Source: an uncultured Ignavibacteriales bacterium
GTDB lineage: Bacteria > Zixibacteria > MSB-5A5 > GN15 > JAAZOE01
Direction: 5' to 3'
Assembly (NCBI GenBank): GCA_964523575.1
Contig: CAZGAV010000012.1
Coordinates: 385 to 64,384, forward strand
Length of the DNA: 64,000 nt
Shown in pieces: positions 18,487-26,402 of this stretch (position 1 is its first letter; every line of letters starts with the position of its first letter). Both the position numbers and the translations under genes were made by a program. The notes beneath the pieces are model-generated. The model was not told the origin of the DNA. It made no database searches and saw only the letters and a list, made by a program, of their open reading frames with translations.

Positions 18487-20685
18487 GTGAATATTGGAAT
18501 TCTGCTGATTCTGCTGGCCTTTGCCGGGTTATTGATCAGCACCCTCAGCTTTTTTCTGGCGGCTCGTGGTAAGGCCCGTTTCATCAATCTGGGCTACGCC
18601 AGCTATAAATACTTCGTCATGTTCATCGGCCTGGCTTCGGCTCTTCTGCTCTACTACTTTTTGTCCGGTGATTATTCCTTTCGCTATGTCTATGAATATT
18701 CCTCCTCCGACTCCTCGTTTTTCTATCTGATCTCCGGCTTTTGGGCCGGCCAGCGCGGCACCTACCTGCTATGGGCGCTGATGGTATCTCTGCTGGGTTT
18801 CTACATTCTCAAACGCGGCCGGGAATACACGCCTTATGCCATGTTCTTCTACGGGCTGGTCAATATCTTCTTCATCGTCATGCTCTTGGTTTTGTCGCCC
18901 TTTGAGAAACTCCCGATGGCTCAACCTGACGGCGCCGGTTTGAATCCGCTTCTCAAAGATCCCTGGATGGTTATCCACCCGCCGGTGATCTTTCTCGGTT
19001 ATGCTGCCGTGGTTATTCCCTTCGTGATTGCGCTGGCGGCCTTGGTGAAGAAAAAATACGACGATTGGCTGGCGATTTCCTTCGGGCCGGCTGCATTGGC
19101 GGCCGTGATGCTGGCGGCCGGAAATATCATGGGTGGTTTCTGGGCCTATAAAACGCTGGGGTGGGGCGGTTACTGGGCCTGGGACCCGGTTGAAAATTCT
19201 TCCTTTATCCCCTGGATGACCTCACTGGCTTTACTTCATGGTCTCCTGATCGAACGCCGCGACGGGGCTTTGAGAAAAACGAATCTGTTTCTGGCCCTAT
19301 TCACTTTTTTGCTGGTGATCTACGGCACTTTCCTGACCCGATCCGGAGTTCTGGCCGATTTCTCAGTGCACAGTTTTGTCGATCTGGGTGTCAATGTTTA
19401 CCTGATCGGTTTTATGAGTCTTTTCATCGTGCTTGGCCTGGTCATTTTCTTCGCCCGTATCGGGCAGATCAAAGGACCGTCGATAAACATGTCGTTTACT
19501 TCGCAGGAATTCGCCCTGTTGATCTCGATGTGGGTCTTGCTTCTGATTGCCCTGGTGGTTCTCTCCGGGACCTCCTGGCCGCTGATCACGACCCTCTTCG
19601 GCCGTCCGGAAACGGTTGATACCGCCGTTTATACCCGAGTCACTTTCCCGCTGGCTATCGTTCTGGGTTTCTTCCTCGGATTCTCTCCGTTCCTGGTTCG
19701 GATTGGGACGCCGGTCGGCCAGATTCTTAAAAAAGTTATGCCGGCGGCGATCATATCTATCATCATCACCGGATTCGCCTATGCCGTGGGTGTCAAGGAT
19801 ATAGCGTATCTATTTTTTATTTTCTTCGCATCGACGGCGGCGTTATCCAACCTGCTTGCAGTTTTCAAGTACTTCCCGGGTGACCTATGGCATGCCGGGG
19901 CTCAGCTATCGCATTTCGGATTTGCCCTTATGTTGATCGGAATTCTGGGGTCGTCGGCCTATTCATCCAATCAGAAATTGACTCTCGACCGCGGCCAGGA
20001 CGCCCGGGCCTATGGTCTGGATATTACCTATGATGGCATGGCCGGAGACATCACGACTCCGGACAATGAAATTATCCTGACCATCAAAGATGGCACGCAC
20101 CGTTTTGAGGCCCGGCCCAAATTATTCTGGGCGCAACGTATGGAAGGCTTGATGAAAAAGCCTTATATCCTGCGCTATTTGTCCTACGATCTCTATCTGG
20201 CGCCGGAGCAGATACAGGAACCCAACACCTCCGGCGGCTTGAAACTCACCAAGGGCCAGACGGCCACTCTCGACGGTTATTCGTTGAAATTCACCGGATT
20301 CGAGCAGGGATCTCACAGCGGGGGCGGCGATATGACTTTCGGGGCCAGAATCGAAGTGATCGATTCTGCCGGACATACCGGAACCACTTTGCCGGCCATG
20401 GAGTTCGTCGCCGATCAGAAGATCAAGTACCATGACACGCCGTTGCTGATGGGCGTCAATAATACGCCGGTGCGGCTGGAAAAAATATTCGCTGACGAGG
20501 GCGCGGTGCTGATTTCCATTCCCGGTTTGACCTCGGCGGGTTCGCCGGATCGCCTCATTCTCGAAGTTTCCAAAAAGCCGACCATGAATGTTCTCTGGGG
20601 CGGCTCGATTCTACTCGTGCTGGGCGGTCTGTTGACGGTGCGCCGGCGCTGGGGGATGTCGGCTTTTGGCGGCGGAAACAATTGA
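18487..20685 (+). CDS. ccmF: Cytochrome c heme lyase CcmF
   Basis: GLNPLLKDPWMVIHPP, WAYKTLGWGGYWAWDPVENSS, TFLTRSGVL..SVHSF, HFGF. Confidence 0.95.
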   Translation: MNIGILLILLAFAGLLISTLSFFLAARGKARFINLGYASYKYFVMFIGLASALLLYYFLSGDYSFRYVYEYSSSDSSFFYLISGFWAGQRGTYLLWALMVSLLGFYILKRGREYTPYAMFFYGLVNIFFIVMLLVLSPFEKLPMAQPDGAGLNPLLKDPWMVIHPPVIFLGYAAVVIPFVIALAALVKKKYDDWLAISFGPAALAAVMLAAGNIMGGFWAYKTLGWGGYWAWDPVENSSFIPWMTSLALLHGLLIERRDGALRKTNLFLALFTFLLVIYGTFLTRSGVLADFSVHSFVDLGVNVYLIGFMSLFIVLGLVIFFARIGQIKGPSINMSFTSQEFALLISMWVLLLIALVVLSGTSWPLITTLFGRPETVDTAVYTRVTFPLAIVLGFFLGFSPFLVRIGTPVGQILKKVMPAAIISIIITGFAYAVGVKDIAYLFFIFFASTAALSNLLAVFKYFPGDLWHAGAQLSHFGFALMLIGILGSSAYSSNQKLTLDRGQDARAYGLDITYDGMAGDITTPDNEIILTIKDGTHRFEARPKLFWAQRMEGLMKKPYILRYLSYDLYLAPEQIQEPNTSGGLKLTKGQTATLDGYSLKFTGFEQGSHSGGGDMTFGARIEVIDSAGHTGTTLPAMEFVADQKIKYHDTPLLMGVNNTPVRLEKIFADEGAVLISIPGLTSAGSPDRLILEVSKKPTMNVLWGGSILLVLGGLLTVRRRWGMSAFGGGNN

Positions 20686-20815
20686 GTCGCGGAAGTTTCC
20701 ATTGCACAAAAACTTTTCTTGAGCGTCAAAAGGAAAAACCGATAATTTTGCTTGCACGTCGCGGGCAAAGATGTTATGTTTATCGCCTGTTTTGGAATAT
20801 TATCGGGAGGAATAC

Positions 20816-21997
20816 ATGAAAGCAGTCGTTTCTGCCCTCTTGGCCTTGAGCCTGGTTCTGTTAATCAGTTGCACCAACGACGACAATACCGTCGAACCCA
20901 TCGAGAAGTATCATTCGGTCTACCCGGTGTTTCATCTGAAAATCGATAACGGTCATCGGACTTTCGGTATCGATTCCCTGCAGTTGACGACCAATCCGGG
21001 CATCGGCTGGCCCGGTCCGGTTTATACCGATATACAGGGATTTGTCGGCACTTTGGCGGGCGGGACATTCGTGGACCGCGTCGATACCATTATAAACCCC
21101 GACACGACGATCTATGACACGACCTGGAAAGTCTATGGCTTCCAGCCTTCGACGACCTACAACTTCTCATTCTCACGGAGCGAAGCGTTTATCTGGCGCG
21201 ATTCATTCCGGGCCGATTACGCCATTTCGGTCGATTCTTCCTGGTTGTTGTTCTCGGCCGATACGGTGCGGGTTACCAAGGCGCTGAATCCGGCCGACCC
21301 TCCCGAGACGGTTCTTTATAAAGTCGTTTTGAATCCGGCCTCGAATTTAACGCCGAAGCCGGATGATACCGTTATGCAGAATCTGTTGATCGGTTATTGG
21401 TTCGATTCCGCATACGTAATTTCCAATTCTGACGACACGGTCGCTTACCCTCCGGATTCGACCCGGGACAGTACTATCATGTGGGGACTCTGGCACCGCG
21501 TCGATTCTTTCTACCTGCCCCCTGATTCCAATATCTGGTGCCAGCTCGATTCCATCGTGGAAGTTCAGGATACGATCTACGACATTTACCAATTCCCTTC
21601 AATCGTAACCGATTCGGTATATTATTACAGTCAATGTAACAAGAAGATAGATACTGTCCAGCAACGCATTTACCGTCATTATAACTGGGGCGTATATCCC
21701 GGAGGGGATCATTCGGCGACTCCGATTCCTTCGTTCGATACGACGATCCACTTCACCTACCCCGACACGCTTAAGACTCTCGCGGTCAATCATGACGGCC
21801 TATCGATTCTGGTACCGATCGAAGACCCGGACACTCATGATACCACCTGGGTCCAGAAAGACGTCACCATCGAATTCATATATAATGGTGTGTCTCAGTC
21901 GGTTGATAGTCTGGCCTTGAACCTGACCCTGCCGCCCGTGGAAGTGTTCCCGCAATACGATTTCATTATCCGTGAGGTGCCTTCGGGCAAGAAATAA
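20816..21997 (+). CDS. Hypothetical lipoprotein, Asp/Thr/Ser-rich
   Basis: ATG after a ggagg SD, lipobox LISC, no recognisable family. Confidence 0.7.
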   Translation: MKAVVSALLALSLVLLISCTNDDNTVEPIEKYHSVYPVFHLKIDNGHRTFGIDSLQLTTNPGIGWPGPVYTDIQGFVGTLAGGTFVDRVDTIINPDTTIYDTTWKVYGFQPSTTYNFSFSRSEAFIWRDSFRADYAISVDSSWLLFSADTVRVTKALNPADPPETVLYKVVLNPASNLTPKPDDTVMQNLLIGYWFDSAYVISNSDDTVAYPPDSTRDSTIMWGLWHRVDSFYLPPDSNIWCQLDSIVEVQDTIYDIYQFPSIVTDSVYYYSQCNKKIDTVQQRIYRHYNWGVYPGGDHSATPIPSFDTTIHFTYPDTLKTLAVNHDGLSILVPIEDPDTHDTTWVQKDVTIEFIYNGVSQSVDSLALNLTLPPVEVFPQYDFIIREVPSGKK

Positions 21998-22020
21998 GGT
22001 TCGCATTCGACGAATTATCG

Positions 22021-22050
22021 AAACCCCGCCCCAAAAGGTGGGGTTTTTTT
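22021..22050 (+). terminator. Intrinsic terminator
   Basis: aaaccccgcc-ccaaaa-ggtggggttt followed by a T run. Confidence 0.8.
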
Positions 22051-22051
22051 A

Positions 22052-22080
22052 TTGACAGATTCTATTTCTGCTCATATTAT
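22052..22080 (+). promoter_or_regulatory. sigma70-type promoter for the riboswitch/btuB transcript
   Basis: TTGACA-N17-TATTAT. Confidence 0.75.
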
Positions 22081-22093
22081 CATCTCAATAACA

Positions 22094-22259
22094 CATTTCG
22101 GTCCCGAAAGCGGTTAATAGGGAAGACGGTGAAAGACCGTCGCAGCCCCGCTACTGTAATCGGCTACGAAAGGGCCAATATTCCACTCTCCCGGGTCGGC
22201 CGGGGGGGGAAGGGGCCCCGGTAGGCATGATGCCGTAAGCCAGGAGACCTGCCGGAATG
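22094..22259 (+). ncRNA. Cobalamin (B12) riboswitch
   Basis: Conserved elements aatagggaa..cggtgaaa.accg..gcagccccgctactgtaa and the B12 box aagccaggagacctgcc, with P1 closure catttcgg/ccggaatg. It lies upstream of a TonB-dependent receptor. Confidence 0.93.
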
Positions 22260-22296
22260 GTAACTCGTAATTCGACAGCCCTCGCGGGAGGGGGAG

Positions 22297-24642
22297 TTGA
22301 AGTTGTCCCGAACCCCGAAAGCGGCTGCCGGGAATTTTTTTGGCCCGATTCCCGACAGATCATTCCGAAAAGCGGCGGTCATTTATCGGCTGATAATTCT
22401 GTGCCTGATTCTTGGCTTCGGTCACATGGCGCAGGCCCAGACTACAGTCAGAATTTCCGGCTGTGTTTATGACGCCGTCGACGGCCATCCCCTCCATCAC
22501 GCCCTGATTACCCTGCGCGGCACCGACTTCGCCGCCGTCAGCGATCAATTCGGCCGTTTCGAATTGGAAAATATCCCCGACGGCCGCTATCGTCCGGAAG
22601 TATCGGCTTTCGGTTATATTTCGCAGACGACTGAGGCGATTGACGTCGTGGTCGATATCACGCGCCGGATAACGGTGCATCTCGAACCCCGGTATCACGA
22701 CATGGGGCGAACCGAGGTTATCGGAGAAGCCGCCCCGTCCCTTACCGGTGATATTGAGATCATCGATCAGCAAGCTATTCAGAGTTCGAATGCCCATACT
22801 CTAGCTGAGGTCCTCGACCGGTTGGAGGGCGTCTATATCCAGGATTCCGGCCCAGCCGGCGGCAAAAAACAAATCAGCATCCGCGGCAGTGCCGCCAAAC
22901 ATGTTCTGGTGCTCCTCGACGGGCGGCGTCTGAATCCGGCCGGAAGCGGCGAGGCCGATCTTAATAGTATTCCGTTGGAAATGATCGAAAAAGTGGAGGT
23001 GTATAAAGGCGGGGAGTCGGCCCGGTTCGGCGCCGACGCATTGGGTGGCGTGGTAAACATTATAACGCAGGCAGGGCCGGGTCGGAGCCGCCCGGAGTTG
23101 AAAGCTCATACCTATCGCGGCCGTTGGGATACCGACCTTTACGATTTGACCCTGATCGACCCGGTTCGGTTCAAGGGCCTGACAACCAAGGTCACTTACG
23201 GTTTCCGTGGCTCCGAAGGCGATTTCGATTACAATTACACGGGGGCCGTCTTTCCGCGTCAGGGCGTGGAACGGGTTTACGCCGGTACCCGGGCCAACGC
23301 CGATTTCGAAAGCCGCAATTATTTTATATCGAGCCTTTATCAGGCGCGGCCGGGCACCAGTCTCAATTTTTCGGGTCAGCTCTATCGGTCCGATCAGGGT
23401 TTGCCGGGTAAAGCCTCGCAACCCGATTCCACCAGCCGCAAAACCGACGATCGTATTCTGGCCGGTATCGGAATGGAGCATCAGTTTTCGCCGAAACAGG
23501 TCCTTCATATGTCGCTTGGCTATTCTCGTCTGAAACAGGAGTTCGAGAACGAAGCGGGAAGATCTTCCTATCATAGCCGCTATACCAATGATATCGCAGA
23601 TATGGAAATCTCCGGCCGCAGTCGGTTTTGGTCCGGCAATGAAATCGGCGGCGGTGTCGCTCTGCGCCGCGATATCCTGTACCATGATGAAATACTCCAT
23701 CCCGAACGGAGTATGGGCCGAACCATACGCGATAATATCGGATTGTTTGCTTCCGACCGCCAGACCTTTGACCTCAACAGCTTGCCTGTCTGGGATTTGG
23801 CCGCCGTCGATGTGTCGCTTCGCCGGGATCGTACCGACACCCGTCAGGACAAATTAGCCAGCGCCGAGTCGCCGTCAACGAATCATCTCTCCCATTGGTC
23901 GCAAAAGATCGGAGCCTCGCTTTCCGCCGGCGTCCGACTTCGTCTGGTCGTTCGGGGCAGTTATGGAACTTCCTATCGCTTGCCGGAGATGAACGCTTTA
24001 TTCTGGAAGAATGATATCCGGTCGCAGGGCAACCCCGACCTGAAACCGGAACGATCCGAACATTCCGACGCCGGCTTTGAGATAAGTCTGGATAAACCGA
24101 TCAGAATTTCGGCCGGCCTGACTTATTTCCACAGCCATGTCAATGAGATTATCATCTGGCGTCCCAGTTCGCCGCTGGGGATATGGACGCCTGAGAACCT
24201 CGACGCCGCCCTGATCACCGGGCATGAGGATTTCGTCCAGATCGGTCTGTGGGATGATCGGGTGCGTCTGAGCTACGGCAATACCATCACCAATCCCCGG
24301 AACAAATCGCGAGGATCCTCCAACTATAATAAGGTCCTGACCTTCCGGCCCCATTATGTCACCAGCCTTGACTGCGATCTCCGGTTCTGGATACTTCGCG
24401 GTGCCTATCAGATCCGGATGGCCGATATCCGATATCTTCTTGACGCCAACACCCGCTGGTACGGCGCTTATCGCGTCGATAACGCCGATTTCGGCATCCA
24501 GACCGAAATGTCCCGTGTCAAAATCGAGGCCGGGTACCGGGTGCGCAATCTGCGGGGGGAGAACTACGAATTGATTGCCCAGTATCCGATGCCGGGACGG
24601 GAATGGGGCGTTGACCTGTCCGTATCCTGGCGATTGGAATAA
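22297..24642 (+). CDS. btuB: TonB-dependent receptor, BtuB-like, with N-terminal carboxypeptidase-regulatory-like domain
   Basis: Plug motifs SIRGS...VLVLLDGRRL, IEKVEVYKGG.SARFGADALGGVVNIIT, then NPDLKPERS and the C-terminal YPMPGREWGVDLSVSW. Function is inferred from the riboswitch. Confidence 0.85.
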   Translation: MKLSRTPKAAAGNFFGPIPDRSFRKAAVIYRLIILCLILGFGHMAQAQTTVRISGCVYDAVDGHPLHHALITLRGTDFAAVSDQFGRFELENIPDGRYRPEVSAFGYISQTTEAIDVVVDITRRITVHLEPRYHDMGRTEVIGEAAPSLTGDIEIIDQQAIQSSNAHTLAEVLDRLEGVYIQDSGPAGGKKQISIRGSAAKHVLVLLDGRRLNPAGSGEADLNSIPLEMIEKVEVYKGGESARFGADALGGVVNIITQAGPGRSRPELKAHTYRGRWDTDLYDLTLIDPVRFKGLTTKVTYGFRGSEGDFDYNYTGAVFPRQGVERVYAGTRANADFESRNYFISSLYQARPGTSLNFSGQLYRSDQGLPGKASQPDSTSRKTDDRILAGIGMEHQFSPKQVLHMSLGYSRLKQEFENEAGRSSYHSRYTNDIADMEISGRSRFWSGNEIGGGVALRRDILYHDEILHPERSMGRTIRDNIGLFASDRQTFDLNSLPVWDLAAVDVSLRRDRTDTRQDKLASAESPSTNHLSHWSQKIGASLSAGVRLRLVVRGSYGTSYRLPEMNALFWKNDIRSQGNPDLKPERSEHSDAGFEISLDKPIRISAGLTYFHSHVNEIIIWRPSSPLGIWTPENLDAALITGHEDFVQIGLWDDRVRLSYGNTITNPRNKSRGSSNYNKVLTFRPHYVTSLDCDLRFWILRGAYQIRMADIRYLLDANTRWYGAYRVDNADFGIQTEMSRVKIEAGYRVRNLRGENYELIAQYPMPGREWGVDLSVSWRLE

Positions 24643-24680
24643 GATGCGTCCCACTAATGGTAAACATGATGGAGATATCC

Positions 24681-25901
24681 ATGTCATATAGAATAATAAT
24701 TGCCGGTCTTGTTGTCCTGAGTCTGGCGGCGGCGGTCATGGCCGCCGATCCGACAGCCTATGTGATCAATACGTCGGGGGAGACCCTGTCAAAAATTAAT
24801 CTGAGCACCGGGGCGGTAACCAACAATATCCTGCCGCTTGGATCCGATGTGAACTGTTACCCCAATCAAATCGTCGTCCGCGACTCCCTGGCCTATGTGA
24901 TCGCCTCCGGTACTGATGAATTGCAGATTATAAACCTCAACAGCTCCGCCACCGTCGGCTGGATTGTCTTCAGCCCGGCCGGTTGCAATCCCTATTGGAT
25001 GGCTTTTCTGAGTCGTCAATATTTATATGTCAGCCTGATGGTTGATAACAGCCTGGCCAAAGTTGATCTGACCGCCGGTCAGGTCGTTAAAACTGTGCCG
25101 GTGGGGCAATCACCGGAAGGGGTACTGGCTTTTGATAACAAAATCTATGTCGCGGTCACCGGCTATGATTATTCGACATGGAGCTGGGGCCAGGGCAAAG
25201 TGGCCGTTTATGACACGAATATCGACACTGTCATCGCCGAAATCGACGTCGGCACTAATCCTCAATTCCTTGCCTCAGATGCCAATGGACGGATTCATGT
25301 CGTCTGTACCGGAAATTATTGGGATATCCCCGGCGCGATTTATATCATCGACCCGAACACAAATGAGGTCATCGACAGTATTGCTATCGGCGGACAACCC
25401 GGCCAGATAGCCATAACTGCCGACAATACCGCCTTTCTGGCCGCTGGCGGATGGTCGGCCGACGGCGAGGTCCTGATGTACAATGCCCTGACAGGAGAAA
25501 TCTATCATGACGGCGGCAATCCCGTTTATGTCGATTCCGGCGCAACCGGGGCAGTCGCTTTTCAGGATTCGACGGTTTTCATCTCCACCTTCGGCGACCG
25601 CATCAATCGCCTGAATACCGGGGGCGAGAAAATTCAGACCTATTTTATGGGTGACGGCCCGGTACATATCGATTTCAATTATCATCCCGGCGACGCCAAT
25701 GGAGATTGGGCGGTCAATGTTGCCGACGCGGTCTATCTGGTCAATTATATTTTCAAATCGGGGCCGGCTCCGGCTCAGCCCGCCTGGCGGGCCAATACCA
25801 ATGATGATATGGCTATCGACGTCGGCGACGCGGTTTATTTGATCAACTATGTTTTTCGCGGGGGGCCGCCTCCCAAATTCGGCCCTACCTGGGTGCGATA
25901 G
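24681..25901 (+). CDS. Secreted YncE/BtuG-like beta-propeller with C-terminal dockerin
   Basis: Repeated propeller units (VG.SPEG, VGTNPQF, IGGQPGQI, MGDGP) and a terminal GDANGDWAVNVADAVYLVNYIFKSGPAP... dockerin. Start ATG 24681 after a ggaga SD. Confidence 0.8.
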   Translation: MSYRIIIAGLVVLSLAAAVMAADPTAYVINTSGETLSKINLSTGAVTNNILPLGSDVNCYPNQIVVRDSLAYVIASGTDELQIINLNSSATVGWIVFSPAGCNPYWMAFLSRQYLYVSLMVDNSLAKVDLTAGQVVKTVPVGQSPEGVLAFDNKIYVAVTGYDYSTWSWGQGKVAVYDTNIDTVIAEIDVGTNPQFLASDANGRIHVVCTGNYWDIPGAIYIIDPNTNEVIDSIAIGGQPGQIAITADNTAFLAAGGWSADGEVLMYNALTGEIYHDGGNPVYVDSGATGAVAFQDSTVFISTFGDRINRLNTGGEKIQTYFMGDGPVHIDFNYHPGDANGDWAVNVADAVYLVNYIFKSGPAPAQPAWRANTNDDMAIDVGDAVYLINYVFRGGPPPKFGPTWVR

Positions 25902-25962
25902 GTTCGCACGGGCGGGGAAGACTCCCGAAATCGGCTTATGAGGAAATTTATTTATTTTGTTC

Positions 25963-25991
25963 TTGACAATAAAATCCAAAAGAATTATAAA
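25963..25991 (+). promoter_or_regulatory. Strong sigma70-type promoter about 410 bp upstream of the next CDS
   Basis: TTGACA-N17-TATAAA, preceded by an AT-rich UP-like tract. Confidence 0.6.
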
Positions 25992-26402
25992 ACAGGATAG
26001 AAAATGTATCGTATTATATGATGCATGAGTCATACTTGCCGTCGACGACAAGCGGCGGCACTACATTGTATTATCCCTCCCAGATAAGGCGCCGTGTCGG
26101 TCAAACACTCGGCGCCTTACCATTTATAGACAATCATCGTCGGCCATAGGTTTCCTGCCGTGACGCTTTCTTTGATGAAAGCCGGCATGGATTATATTTA
26201 CTCCCGGTAGCGCAACAGCTTCCGAAGATAGTGGCGGCGCCGACAAATTGTCCAATAGTGGATAAAAAACTGCGTAAATGATTGAAAATAGACCGGCCCC
26301 GGCTTTAGCCGGCGGCTCGAAAAGGGTTGTCTTGACGCTGGAAAAAGTGTAGTTTAGGAAGACCTGACGACAATAAAATTTATGTGATAAATATCCGGGA
26401 GG

